Positions 10,457 through 31,278 of a stretch of DNA of 64,000 bases are shown in pieces. Under the pieces are notes generated by a model. It had not been told where the DNA came from, searched no databases, and worked only from the letters and a program-made list of their open reading frames with translations. The position numbers and the translations under genes were made by a program. The stretch's first letter is position 1. Each line of letters begins with the position of its first letter. Origin of the DNA: the human T2T-CHM13v2.0 reference genome, Homo sapiens; NCBI RefSeq assembly GCF_009914755.1, contig NC_060926.1; one strand, given 5' to 3'.

Positions 10457-12429
10457 GTCAAATATGGGTGCTAGTGGCAGGAGAATGGGAACATTGATGC
10501 TGGGAAGCTGCCAACAGACACTGACCACACATGCCACTTTCCTCTGGCCAAGGCTGGCACCACTTCTATAGATGAAAACTTGAGCCAAGAGGCTGGGATA
10601 GAGTGAGTGGGGAACCCGAGATCCTTTCTAATACTGGGGATCTGGGATTCTGTGAAGACCAGGGACAGCGTGAGAGATTCAAGGGCTGACAACCTGAGGG
10701 AGGAGGGTGCTGCATGCTACAGTGTTCTGTCCTCCACATCGGTATCTTCAACACCAACTTGGGGGATGACACAGAAGGCAGGCTTGGCCTTCTAGCAGAT
10801 GTCATAAACCAATAAGGAATAAAGGGTACTTACTGACAGAATCTGGATTCAAAGACAATTTGAGAACAGGGGAATTATGATCAAAATAAGCCCCAACCTG
10901 AAAGAGTGTGGTGGAACCTGAGGGGAAAGTTCCGTAGAGTGGGCAGAGAGTTGGATTTGTTGGTAGGGGCTCTGTCCAGTGGTACTCTTTGTTTCCACTT
11001 ATTCCAACTCAAGTATGCATAAGCCAAAAGCTCATGGGTTGGCTCACATAACGAGAAAGTATGAATGTGTTAACTCTAGGCATGGCTGGACCTAAGTGCT
11101 AAAGCAACATTGTCAGGCCTCCGGTTCTCTCTCATGTGTCCATACTGCTTGTCTCTGCTTGGTTTTGTTCTTCCTGAAGGCTCTTTTCTATAAAAACCTG
11201 ACTGCCAACCGCCCAAGACTTATATCCACCCTCCTCATCAACCTTAGTAGGAAGAAACTTCTGTCCCTCAACATACACATGAAACCCCAGGGAAGACTCC
11301 GGTACTGCAAGGATCGTCCTCATACCCTCTTGACCAATCCCTGTGGCTAGGGGGTGTGGCATGTCCTGATGTAGTGACTGGACCCACACCATTGCCCCCT
11401 TTCCTGTCTTTGGTGAGGGGGCACCATGATTGACCAGCCTAGGAGAAACGGAGTGCACGGGGTTGGTTTTCTCAGGGAATGGTGCTGGCTGACATGAACA
11501 ACATGTCCACCATGGTGTCTAATGCTGACTGGATCCATTTGACCATTTGTCTGGTCTCTGCCACATCCCAGGGCCAAGAAGCTGCTGCACTGTGAGGTCT
11601 GGATAAATGTTTTTCAGGTAATGAGTGAACTTCCTTCTCTGTGGACCTTAGCAGGAGATGACTTCTCCTCTTCTCTTGAATGGGGATGATAATCTGTCTA
11701 CTTACTTGACAATGTTGAGGTGTAGCTCAGTCAAGTCATGAGGTAGACAGGCTGAATGAAGCACAACAATCCTCCCAATCCCCGGGACAAGGGGGAAGCA
11801 GCCAGTGCCGCCTCATGATGCTGGCCGGGAGGGTTGGCCCATGCTAGGGAAAGCCAGAAGTTCTGTTGCTCTGTGTCCCCTTGCCCCTTGCCCCAACTTC
11901 CCACCATACCTGCTTCCTCCAGGACACCTGGTTTCGTCCACCCAGAAAACATAGGTTCTGTGACAGGATGTTTCCTCCCTCTTGCCAGGCGTGGCTGGGA
12001 ATGGAAGCAGTGATGCTGAAGAATATTCCAGGCCCACTCTGTCTTCCTCCCTGGAGATCTGCTCCCTAGCATTGATTGAGCAACTCCATCAATTGCCGAC
12101 TAATTGGTAGGTGGGAGTAGAATGGGGGTGTAGATACTCCCCAGGTAAAGTCATCTCCTGCTCCTGGGAGGGGTGGCCTGATATATGGAGATGTCAGTTC
12201 TCCCTCAATTCATCCATCACTTCACTGTAGTCCCAGTAAAGATTCCAGTTTTAGAAACTCACTCTGAATCATGCGAGGAGGGATAAAGGTCCACAGATGC
12301 CTAAGCCAAAGGAGGGTAGGCAGGAAGCTCTTCCAGATACTCAGGTACACTCTAAAGGTGCTGTTGTTGTCTTAAGCAGTATGGTGACAGTGAACCAACA
12401 GACAACTCAGCATGGAGAGGGGAGATCCC

Positions 12430-12580
12430 TGGTTAGAGGGAAATTTCATCTATGATAAAAGGTGCATCACAAGTCAGTGGGAAAGAGTTGCTGTTCTTGT
12501 TGGAAAAACTCTTACTATATGGAGAAAAACAATGTGATCCCTTATAAGATGGATGCTCAGATGATGGATTAAAGAATCAT
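12430..12580 (+). mobile_element. Old L1M (L1ME-like) ORF2 3' fragment; resumes at about 18800-19190 and 20770-21220
   Basis: 'tatgataaaaggtgcatcacaagtcagtgggaaagag' and, after the L1PA, 'atttcttagacaaaatttcaaagcagaaaccataagg'. Confidence 0.5.
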
Positions 12581-12593
12581 ACATTGATTCTTT

Positions 12594-18737
<6,144 letters not shown>

Positions 18738-19189
18738 ATTGATTCTTTAATCCGTAATCTGAGCATCCACCTTATATGGGATTGCTTTTCACGATGACCA
18801 CCATGAATAGCCAGATTATAACATGTTAGAAAACAAAACACACAGGGGAACTTACCAAAAGGAGTAGAAGATTTCTTAGACAAAATTTCAAAGCAGAAAC
18901 CATAAGGCAGAAAAAGTGGAGGGGATTTCATGATGTTACAATCAAATAGATCTGTTGCAAGTGACACATGGCAAAATGAGAGAAGTTATGTGCAGTCTAA
19001 AACTGACAAGAGATTAGTGGCCTCAATATACGAGGAACTCCTGAAAATTAACAAGAAAAATAAATAGACAAAGGACACGAGCAGGCAGTTTTTGGGAGAG
19101 GAAACCCCAAAAGCCAGGAAGCATATGAGGAAGTGGCTAAGATCATTAGTACAGAAATACACATTCTAACAATAAGATATATGAGGAAA

Positions 19190-20002
19190 TAGTTCTCCAA
19201 AAAAGATACACAGATGGTCAATGAGCACAAGAAAAGGTGCTGAGAATCACCCAGAATAAGGGAAATGCAGATGAAAACTACAGTGAGATAGCACTTCATA
19301 CCCACTAGAATAGCTACTGTCAAGAAAACCCGAAAATACCGAGTGTTGGTGAGGAGTGAGACATTAGACCCTTGTGCACTACCGGTGGGTATGTAAAATG
19401 GTGCCGCCACTGTGGACAACAACATGGCCATTCCTAAAAAAAAATTCAAATAGAATTACCGTATGACCAAGAATTTCCACTTCTGGACGTATTCCCAAAA
19501 GGATTGAAAGCAGGATGTTAAAGAGATATTGTATATCCAAGTTCATAGCAGCAGCATTCATAGGAACCAAAAAGTGGAAGCAAGTGTCCATTGATAGACG
19601 AATGCATGAACAAAATGTGGTCTATACATGCAATAAAATATGATTCAGCCTTAGAAAGGGAGAGAATCCTGTGATAGGCTACATCGTGGATGAACCTTGA
19701 GGGCATTATGCTAAGTGGAATAGCCAGTCACAAAAAGACAGTATTCCACTTACATGTGATACCTAGAATAATCAAATTCATAGAAACAGAAAATAGAATG
19801 ATTGCCAAGGGCTGGGGCAAAAACGGAATGGGAAGTTAGTATCTAATTGGACACAGTGTTTCAGTTTCACAAAAGTAGAGTTCTTGAGATGGATGGTGGT
19901 AATGGTTGCACAACAATGTGAAAGTATTTGATACCACTAAAGTGTACAATTAACAGTGGTTAAGATGGGAAATTTTATGTTCTGTGTGCTTTACTACAAT
20001 TT
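19190..20002 (+). mobile_element. L1MB-like 3' end
   Basis: 'ggaaatgcagatgaaaactacagtgagata', 'gaaccttgagggcattatgctaagtg', ends 'aattttatgttctgtgtgctttactacaat'. Confidence 0.8.
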
Positions 20003-20026
20003 GAACCAGATACAACCTTATACATA

Positions 20027-20555
20027 CATGGTAGGCAAAATTCTCAGCTGAACTCCAATAGGCAAGCACTTCTGTAATCCTCTCCTGGTAAATGTGCTTC
20101 TAATTAATAGATTCTAACAAAGGTGATGATGTGCCATATGGAAAAGGGGAAAAGAATTTGCCAATGTAATTAAAGTCCCTGATCAGTTGACTTTATGTTA
20201 ATGAAAAAGGACATCATCCAGGGTGCATCTAATCAGGTGAGCCCTTTAAAAAAGGATGTAAAGGTATGAGACTATCTCTCCTGCTGACATTGAAGAAGCA
20301 AGTCTCCTTGAGTTCTACAACCACTCGGAGATGAATACTGCCAGCCACCTGAGGCAGCCTGGAATCAGATCTTTCTCCAGTGGAGCCTCTGATGAGAATG
20401 CAGCCTGGCCAACACCGGGTTACAGTCTGAGCAGAGCACCCAGCTAAGCCGAGCCCAGAATCCTGGCCCACAGAAAATGGGAGATGAAAAATAAATGGTG
20501 TTTTAAGCCACACAATTTGTGTTAACTTGTTCTGCAGCTGTAGAAAACTAATGCA
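20027..20555 (+). mobile_element. MLT1 (ERVL-MaLR, MLT1E/F-like) LTR
   Basis: 'ggtaggcaaaattctcag' start; 'aataaatggtgttttaagccac...gtagaaaactaatgca' end. Confidence 0.7.
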
Positions 20556-20578
20556 ATCTTTTAGGCAAAACTAATCTA

Positions 20579-20757
<179 letters not shown>

Positions 20758-22789
20758 AAGTCTTCATGTTGGGTGGGGAAGTGGGGAAGTTGATGAGGGC
20801 ACTGCTTGTGGAGTATAGACCAGAGCCACCATTGTGGAGGGATTTTGATCAATAGTATGCATCCCTTACACCCCTGCTATTCCATTTCTAGGTAGAGATG
20901 TAAAAGAAATTGACACAGATTCGTCAAACATGCACACCAAGATGTTCACTGCAGAGTTCTTTGTGGTAGTGTGGGGATGGGGGCTGCGGGAGGCACCCTA
21001 GGGTTTCTATCCTGGGGAGAATGGAGAGACAAAATGGGAATGGTCCACACCATGGAGAATTATGCAGCCACAAGGAGAGATGAAAGGCACACATAGCCAC
21101 ATGGATGGGCCTGAACACAGGGCTGAGTTTAAAAAGGAAGAAGCAACATGGGAACCCAAACATTACCATTTGCAGACATTAAAAAACACATAAAGACTGT
21201 ATCTCTTTTGAAAGAGCATTTTTAAAGCAGCACAGGAGGTGGGGGAATCTATGGGGAGCATGTTGCCCATGCAGGGGAAGGGAATGGGAGTGAGTGTGGA
21301 GATAAAAGAATAAATAAAACAAAAGTGGTTTTATTGGACCAACAATAATTCACTGAGTAGTTCAGCGCAACTTGAGGGTAAAATTAACGGCACCTGGATC
21401 TGGGGCAGCTGCAGAGGCAGCGACGTCCAGGCCTTTGTGCAGGGGGGCTAAGGTCACCCGTGCAGGTGGGGAAACAGTAAATGCCAATGAAGCAGGTGTG
21501 TGTGGTATAGAGCAAGCAAGAAAGGAGAGATTACTTTGGCCTAAGAGGGATATCTGCATTTATATTACTAATGAGTTTCCACTGTAAGCCACAGAAAGCC
21601 CGGCTCAAAGCGATTTTTTTTTTCTTTGCAAACAGAATTTATTGACTCAAGTGACTAAAATGTCCAGGCTGACTCCCTTGGGTGGGAAAGATGGTTGCCA
21701 GCAGGGCCAGGCGTATTCTCTCCAGCTAGGAAACCAGAATTGTGGACCTCCCTTTCTCAGAGGTTTCCACAAAAGCCCCAAGGCTGGTCCCCTTTGGTCA
21801 GAAAGAGTGACACGCCTGAACAAATCCCCAGGGCCAGGCCCGGGTCACATCGCCACCTGCAGACAGCAAGGGCTTCCAGCAGAGGCATGGCATGAGCACA
21901 AGCTCGTGGAGGGACGTCTTTGGGAACGAAGCTGGAAAAGCAGGAGGTGAGGTTCCATGGCTGCCAGCTCAGGCGTGACCTTCGCTGCCACTTACTCAAC
22001 TTGGAGGCTGTTGGTGGATGGAGGAGAGCCCTGGAGCATTTCCTCCCAGAAAGGAAATGCCTCCAGAAGTGCCTCCCTCCAGGTCCTTCTCACTGCCAAA
22101 AAGTCCCTTTCCCAGAGAGGAAGGAGGCTCAAGGGCTCAGAGCGTTCTCAACACAAATGACTGTGGGGAGAGCCCTCGTGGGGGTCTGGGTCATTGCAAG
22201 AGGGAGCTCATGTGGATGCAAATCTATATAATCGGTTGCCAAAAAAGTACTGAGCCGGCCTGTTTTCATCCTGTACCAGGCGGCCTGCAGAGGACAGAAT
22301 GTCCACGCTGTCTCTACAGAAATCCTTTCCGGCCAAGCCCCAGGGCCTGGGGGTTCTCCAGCACTTAACCACCAGCTTTCCTGCCCTGCCCGCACAGGAG
22401 CAGCCAGTGGGTGGCTGCCATTATTGTCTCCAGGGGCACTGGGGGCGATGCTGGGCTGGGTAGGGCTGTGTGGGGCTGAGGGCAGTGTGGGTTCTGAGGG
22501 TCAGGAAATGACCTTCCTTTATGCACTACCACAACACCTCCCACAAACCACTCCTCCTGCTGCCTGGGGTTTTGAACACAGTCCTGGCCTCTTTATGGCA
22601 GTGGCAGGCAGTGTGGTTTTGGAATGGCCAGCCTGCCACAGGAGGCAGAGCTCCCACTGTGCCAGGAGGCAGAGCTCCCACTGTGCCGGCAAACAATAAG
22701 CACTGTTGTTTTTCCCCAGAGTGGGGCTGCCCGGTACTGGTCTGTGCCTGTCTCTCTGGAGCAGGAAATCGAGCAGAGGGAAATGTGTG

Positions 22790-23560
22790 GATTGGTTAGA
22801 GTGCTGTCAGCTGCAAGGAACAGAAAACCCAACTCAAAGGGGCTTAAACAATCAAGATGTGTCTCCTGTGCCAAGCAGTGCAGAGGTAGGACAGCTCAGG
22901 GCTGGTTAGATCAGGGCCGCAGGAAGCCAACAGGGACCCAGGTTTATTCCACATTCCATGCTGCCCTCCTCTTCAGTGGGCCAGTCTGTTTTCAGGCCAG
23001 CTTCCCTCATAATCACAAGACAGCTGCCACAGTTCCAGGCATCACCTCCAGATATGACAACACCCAGCAAAAGAGACTCTCTTCTCCTGGATCCATCTTT
23101 TAAAGAGTAAGGGAACTTTTCCCAGAATTTCACCCAGCAGCTCTTCCATCATGTCTCACTGGCCAGAATTGCATCACAGACCTATCCTTAGCCAGTATTT
23201 GACAGAGGAAACAGGAAAGCCATGACTGGCTTGAAGGGCATGGACTACCCCAATAGCACAGGGTTTGGATGCTCCTGCAGATGCTCCAACAGCCTTCACC
23301 ACACCAGGAGACAGAAGTTCTTCCCAGTTGGAGATCAGCTTTATTCACCATTGAGGATGTGATGTTTGGAGCTGTAGGGGCCATCTTGCAGCAATGGGGG
23401 GAAATTCAAGAACATCTCAGACTTGCTAACGCCATGCTTTGCCTTTACTGGGCCGTGAGACAATCCTGGGACCACATAGGTTTGTTACGTGAGTAAAATG
23501 AACTCCTGTTCAATGAGGCCTCCATTAGTTGAGTTTTCTTTACTTGCAGCCCAACTGACA
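22790..23560. mobile_element. Degraded MLT1 (MaLR) LTR fragments
   Basis: 'gctgcaaggaacagaaaacccaactcaaaggggcttaaac', 'ctcactggccagaattgcatcaca', 'ttacttgcagcccaact'. Confidence 0.5.
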
Positions 23561-25751
23561 CAGAGTTCAGTTGTTCTGGGCAGTGGAGGGACAGGAAAGG
23601 CTCCAATGGCGGCCATTCTCCTTTGGGTTCCCATCCTCTGTGATGAGAAATCCTCGTAAAAATCACCCACCAGGACACTGAGATGGCCAAGTTTCTGCTG
23701 ACCTTCCATGTGTCCTTGCAAACTTCAGAGGAAACTGGACCCTGGGCAAAATGATGAAATTAGAGAGTCCCTGAGCCCTTCTTCTCGCCAGAAAACTCCA
23801 CCCATGACCCAAATTCCCAGAGGACATAGGAAATTATCAGTTATAATTGCAAATAATAAAGACTTAGAAACCTGACAAGAGGGTCTTAAGCAAACACGAT
23901 TTGGGGTTTTTCTATTCCTTGAGTAATGAGAAGCCCAAAGGTCAGGATCCATGATGGTCCCACTGCTGGGGCTGTGGTGAGGCTATAGGGGACCAGGGTC
24001 CTTCCAGCTCCCTGTGTTGACATCCTCACCAGGTGCCTTCATCCTCAGGGTCACAAATACCTGCTGCTACACCTTCAGGCAGAACTTTGTGCCCCAGGGA
24101 GGAATATAGGGAAGGGGAAAGGTACAGTGAAGAGCCACCAGGCCCAACAGGAAAGCAGTAGCTGTCCTGGAAGCCCCACTCTGAAGATGCCTGTCATGGG
24201 CTGTACTGTGTTGTGTAACCACCTTTGGCTTTGAGGGAGAGGAAGGGGAGAATGGCTGTGGACTAGGTAGCTAGCTGCGTCGGCCACCAGGTGTGGAGTC
24301 CGGAAACCTGGGACTCAACCCAACACTGCTTCCTGCTGCCTTCAGTAACCCCAGGCAGCCCAGGTCATTGCTGCAGCCTCAGCAGCCTCTCCTGCCTGGC
24401 AGAAAGTGGGGGAAGAGAACTGCCTCCATGAGGGTTCCTGAAGGCCGGGTGCTCACTTGGCCTTCTCCCCATCTGGGGCAATGGGTCCTAGGGCAAGCAT
24501 GGGAATGGGAAGTGTGGCTTATTCAAGGCTCTTCTGATGTCAAGTGATAGAAATTGATTCAACTCATCTATAGGGAAAAAGGGCGGGTGATAATTAATTT
24601 ATTTCAGACCCAATGGGCAAGAGGAGCAGTCAGACCTCAGGAAGGACCTGACCTCAAGCTAGCAAGCCCTTGGAGACAGAGGCAGCCACTCCTTCTGGCT
24701 CCCCGGCCCCAGGGTTGCCTGCCTCTGCTGTTCTCCCCTCACCCACTATACCTTCTTTCCCTCTGGATGGAAAGGGGTTTCTCAGCCTCACAGCTTCTGC
24801 ATTCCCGTGAACAATGGGCTGCCAGCCTCTCTGAATTCGTATTTCACATTCCTAGGAGAGACTGTCTGATGATCCAGCTCACCCTGATGTCTGTCTCTTG
24901 GCCAGTCAATCCAGCCATCGAGTTAGAGCAGTTCCCAGAAAAGAGGGGCTGGATGAGGCTGACCAGCACACTGCAAAATTGACTTCAGGGGAGGAAGAGA
25001 AGCAGAGGCAGGAGGGTCCTCTTGGAGATCTGGGGGAAAGAGAGACAGGGCATTCCTTTAGGACTTGTGCCTCAAAGACCAGTGGGAAGAGACAGCTGGG
25101 TGAGGACAGGCTTCAGGTACTCTCATGTGTCCAGATCAAATATGGCTTTAACCCCTCTCTAAGTCATCGCAAATCTTTATTTTGCAAAGAGCAGAAAATC
25201 CCATTCAAATGGCTTGGCTGAAAAAGGGAATGTGTGGACCCACCTAACTGAAAAGTCAGAGCCAGGAGGGACTCAGGCATGGTTCGATCCAGAGGTTCAA
25301 CATTTACTTGCAATATTTTCTCTGCAAGTTTCATTTTGTTTCTGTTTCCAGTTCTCTACAAGTCATTCATCTCTATTTCTTTGTGAGACAGTTTCATTTG
25401 AGGCTGGCTTTCCCCCTGTGGCACAAGTGGCTGCTTTATGTCAGCATTTCAGTGAAGTCCTTAGATGGGCTCTGAGTGGCCCAGCTTTTGTCACATGCCC
25501 CCTCCTGAACAAATCAACTTCTGTTGGGAGGGAAGGTAGTTTGCCGATTGGCTTGGTCAAGTCACAGTCTCCCTTCTTCTCACCCCCTTCAAGAAGGAAA
25601 TCGGCTTCTTTGGGCTCACACCATCCCCCAGCAGATCTCTGGACTATAATCAAGAACAGGGAGAAAATGAAGCAAGTGTTCCCACACCAGTCATTTCCAA
25701 GAGCTGGCCAGTTAGCACAGAACAAGAAAACACACGCACGGGGCACTGGCA

Positions 25752-26223
25752 TGTGGGCAGCTGAAGAAGGGCCCTGAAGATGTACAAGTCCTAATTTCTG
25801 GAGCCCATGAATATGTTAGGTTACATGGCAAGGAGAAGTTAAGGGCCCAAATGGGATTACGGTCACTAATCAGCTGACCTCGATGTCAGGAGATTATCCT
25901 GAATTATTCAGGTGGGATGTGCAAGAGGGAGGTAGGCGAGTCCGCGTGAGGGTGCGCAGTGTGAGAAAGCCTCACAACAATTGCTGGCTTTGGAAATGGA
26001 AGGGGGCTGTGAGCCAGGGCATGTGGGCAGCTCAGAGAAGCACAGAAAGAGATTCTTCTCCACAGTCTCCAGAAAGGAACGCAGCCCCGATGACGCCTTT
26101 GCTGTAGCCCAGTGACACCCAGGTCAGAGTCTGACCTCCAGAACTGCAAAATAATAGATGTGTGTTGTTCTGAGCCACTGAGCTGGTGGTAATTTGTTAC
26201 AGCAGCAGTGAGAAACAAAAACA
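25752..26223 (+). mobile_element. MLT1D-like LTR
   Basis: 'gaatatgttaggttacatggcaagg', 'gacctccagaactgcaaaataata', ends 'ttgttacagcagcagtgagaaac'. Confidence 0.8.
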
Positions 26224-26263
26224 CGGCATTCCAAGAGCAGGACTCCGCATGGCAGGAGTGACA

Positions 26264-26898
<635 letters not shown>

Positions 26899-27922
26899 GC
26901 CTAGTGACTGTACTTTTGGTTGTAAGGGTGGCAGTGGCTGGCATGAACCAGAACAGGGGTTTGTTTGTGACAATGACAAGGAGACCGCTAACCCCTGCTG
27001 ATCTGTGTGTCCAGTTTTATTTCTCTTTTTTCTAATTTTTTTATTTCCATACATACCCTGCTTGTATATCAAGCTCTTTTCTAATCAGGGATCCTCAAAT
27101 GACAGGAGTTGACCTCTGATTGTGTTTGTGCATTTCAAAGCCCAGAGCTGTGACCTCAGCCACGGTGGGCAGGATGGGTGCTGGAGAAGGGCATTAAGGC
27201 TCCCAGCTTTGTGGGGGAAATGGCATCTTCTTGAGTGAGTGGGGAAGTGCAAATAGAATATGCACAAGCTAGGAAGGACATTTTTAAAGCCTGTGCTTCG
27301 AACATTCTTCCTCTAAAGGATCAGGTGAGCTGGCTCAGAGCAGGGAGCCAACCGCCGAGCCAGGGTGAGAGGGCTTTGTATTTGGAGAGTGAAAAGAATA
27401 CGGTTGTTTAGGCTTTGGACTCAGAGCATCAGAAACTCAGGAGAAATGAGATCAGCTGAAAAAGAAATGGGTTTGATGTTGTAGACCAAACATGAACAGT
27501 GGGGAACAGGCTGAAAAACGAGGGGGGAACAGTCAGCAGCTTCCACGGCTTCTCCCAAATGGAGGGAAGTGGGGCCAGCTCAGGGGACAGGCTGGAGGCT
27601 TATGACGGAAAGATGGTGGGGTCCAGGTGTGGCAGGACAGGAGGCAAAGCTGGGGGCTGCTATGGGACAGAGGGGGCAGAGGGAAAGTTGTGCTGCTAAT
27701 GGGGTCACAAGAGTCACTTATGGCCTGGGGCCTTCAAGAACCAAGGGAAGCCCTCCCAGAGCCCAGCACCACCACAAGCAATGCTCACGGCTCCAGCCAG
27801 CAAGACTTGGGGTAGCAGCCCCCAGCCTCTCTCCCCATATTGGGGACAAAAGAGAACTGGAGAAGCCAGAGAGAGGGAGCTGGCCAAGCATTTCCGGAGG
27901 GCACAGCCCAGGCCTCCACCAT

Positions 27923-28026
27923 CCTCTCCCCATGTGTGCTCAACCCTTAAACACTTTGCTAAGCATTACAGGTCAGGCCCCTCCCCTGTGTGTTCAACCC
28001 TTTAACACTTTGCTAAGCATTACAGG
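27923..28026. repeat. Imperfect ~54-bp tandem duplication
   Basis: 'tcaaccctt(a/t)aacactttgctaagcattacagg' occurs twice. Confidence 0.9.
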
Positions 28027-30139
28027 AGTTCTTCTGCTAGAAGTGGCCAATCAAATGTCCCTGGGCTTGGCTCTTGGTCCATGGCAACATTCCTTGCTTT
28101 TGGAGAGGGTGTGGGGTCCAGGAGCTAAGTGTACCCTTCAGCCAAGTCATATATCCTCTCACTCAACCTCACAATAATCATTCCAGGTGGTATCATTCTT
28201 ACCCATTTTACAAAGGTGAGGTTGACCCTGTGTAATAGTCAGGGTAGGCTTGGTTACGCTGCTGTAACACACAGCTCTAAACATCTCATAACTTAACACA
28301 GTAGTTTACCTCTCACTCCCACTCATGGGGGCTGGCGAGGGAATCTGCTCCATGCAGGTCGCTCAGGGATTCAGGCTGATTGAGGCTCTGCTGTCTGGAA
28401 CAGTGGCCTCTGCCAACTCCCTGGCAGGGGAAGACACAGATGGAGGTGCGTACTGGCTTCTTTAGAATTTGGCATGATCCTGCCTAACTAGAAAGGTGCT
28501 GAGTAGTCTGAGGAACATCTGGGCTGTCTGAGGATCCCCTAGTCCCCTAGATTGGGAAGTGGGAGCGAGGCTTAACTGAAGCGTGTCTAATGTCAAAGTC
28601 CTTGCTGTCAGCCCCGCCTTATGCAGCTTCCCCCCTAAACCACTGTGAAAACGTGTGAGCTCTGTGGTAATGTGCCAATTCCAGGGGTGTCAACACCATG
28701 ACCCCCAGATATTCTCATACACTGCCTCCTTAGCCCATCCCAGGCAAAGAGGGCTCTGCAAACCAGGGACCCTGCGAGGCCAGGGGACAGTGGGATTATA
28801 CTGCCCCATCCCCTCTGGCCTGCCTCCCGCCCTTCCAGCCTGCTCACTGTGTCCCTGCTGAGTCCCATGACTCTCAGCTGCCCTCAGGATCCTGCCTCCG
28901 AAGAGTCCTTTCCTTCCTGTGGAATCTGGAGCCTGGTCCTCCTTCTCCAAGGCAGCACCTGCCAGGTTCCTCACTGGCAGCAAGCAGCCTTGCTAACAGC
29001 CTTGCTAATCCGTTAATTACCTGCTTCTAGCAGAAGAGCTGTTAATTGAAAACTCCACCCCCTCCTTTAATTGCCTGCCTGCCTCTGGCTGTCTAGGCTT
29101 CCCTGGGTTCCCTCCAGGCCCGCAGCCCTTGGTTCTCTGCCTTTGGGCTCCTGACTTCTTCCTGGTCAATAAGGGTGTCTGTGGCTGTCTCTGCAGTGCT
29201 CATTACTGGGGTTGCCAGGTGAGAATCCGGGGCTACACTCCCTAGCCTGCAGCTAACAGCCTCTCTCCTGCCTGGCCCACTGTGGGAGGAAGGAAAGCAT
29301 TTAATGCAATTTGCCCCAGAAATTAAGGGGGAGATAACAGGCCAGTGGGAGGATTCCACAGGGTAGCAGATTTTACTGAAACCAAAGGCTGAACTTCTCC
29401 AGGTCAGAGCTAGCCAGAGGGGCCGGCCACCCAGAGGGGCTGCACCACTTCCTGGAAGGGTCCACCCTGACTCTAAGTCTCAGCCCTGCCCGGAGGATTT
29501 TCTGACCTCAGTCCTTTGAGTCTGGACACACGAGGGCTCAAGGTGGCCCCGACCTTAATCACCACTTCCCTCCCAGATACATCACCAGATTCTCCAGGCA
29601 CAGTTAGAATTTGGCAATATTGACAATCTGAAGAGTGAAAAAGAAGTGAATTTCAGAAAAATGAGGTCAATATCCCATTTTCCAATATAACTGTATGAAT
29701 ATTGTATACATATATGTTGATAAACACCTTTTTTAAAAGGTCTGATACAAACCCCACCAAACTCTTACTAAGAGTGGCTACTTCTGGAGAGTGGGAGAGG
29801 AGAGGGAGAGGGAGGACTCACAGTGGATCTTCACTGTTTGGATTATTTCACTAGAAAGGGAGCAGGCGAGCATTAGTCCTCAAAGGCCCTATGATCTTGA
29901 ACAAGGCACCTGGCCACTCTGAGCCTCAGTGCCTCATCTGTAAGAGGGAGGCTTCTCCCATGTCCCCTTTTACTCTGGATTAGGACGCGTGGTTGAGTGC
30001 AACCTAAACCAACCCAAGCTTGTCTAAGAAAAGGGGAAGAGTTTCCCGGGACACAAGGATTTTTATGCATCCAGACCTTAGGCAGCGGAGAGAATCCTGG
30101 GGAGGGCTCTGCACGTCTCCTTACTGTGTGCCTGCTTCC

Positions 30140-30580
30140 TGTAAGGTCCTCTGAATGGGCTGCACCATGGTCAAGCCATTATGACCCCTGTGACCCACAC
30201 GTACAGGCCTCCTGGAGTCACAAAGCCTGGAGCACTAGGAGAACCACTAAAGAAGAAGAAACAGCTAGTTCCTGCCTTAACTGATGAACTGACCTTGCAG
30301 CATTGCACCATTGTGATATGTTCCTGCCCCAACTAATCCATCCACCTTGTGATGTTGTGCCTTGTGACCTCCCCCACCTCGTGACTATGCACCTTGTGAA
30401 ATTCTTCCCCTGCCCGAAAAAACTGCCCCTAACTGTAGCTTTCCACTACCTACTCCAAGCCTATAAAACTAACTCCACTCCCACAACCCTCCACTGACTT
30501 TCTTTTCGGACTCAGCCCACTTGCATCTGAGTGGATAAACAGCCTGTTGCTCACACTTAGCCTGTTCAGGGCATCTCAAA
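30140..30580 (+). mobile_element. ERV1 solo LTR of the HERV-H/F type (LTR46/LTR7-like)
   Basis: TG start 'tgtaaggtcctctga'; 'gttcctgccttaactgatga'; TATA-like 'cctataaaac' near 30460; 'cttttcggactcagcccacttgca'; 'aaacagcctgttgctcacac'. Confidence 0.75.
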
Positions 30581-31278
30581 ACACAGCAGCCAGGTTTACA
30601 CCTTATGGGCCCAGCCCTCTAGAGAGTTGCAGGTCCTATTTCTAAAGTCCTGGGCAGGGATCTTACTGACTAGCTTGGTGACTGCATCGAGGCTGATAGG
30701 CTGGGTTATGTAGGTAACAAGTAGCCCACTGTTTCAATGGATGAAAATAGCGAAGTTTATTTCTGACATATGCAGTATGACCACTGAGTCAGCAGGAGGG
30801 CTCTGGGCATCACAGTCACTGGGTGACCCAGTCTGACAGAGTTTCATCTCAACAGGAGTGTCCAGGATCTCAGAGACAGGAATAGAGAACATGCTGGCCC
30901 ACACAAGGGCTCCTAAGGCTTCTGTCTGAAAGTGACATTCCACCCACTTCCACCCACATTTTGTTGGTAAGAGCAACTCACATGGCCATGCTTGAATTGA
31001 AGTGGATGGAGAAGTCAACTCCTACCATGGGCCTGGCATAAAGGAGACTTGAACATCTGTGAACAGCCCGGATGACTACCATAATGACACCTCACCAAGA
31101 GCCCCTGCCCACTCCATTTCACCTGGCCCATCGCTGCAGGACTTCCCACTGTGCAGGTGAATGCTGCCAGGGAAGGAGGGAGAGAGTCCATGGAGGGTTC
31201 AGTTTCTAGCTGTTGCTATCTGGCTCCTTTTCTGTGGCAATAAATAGGTAAACATTGTCATGGCAGAGATGTAGAAGT

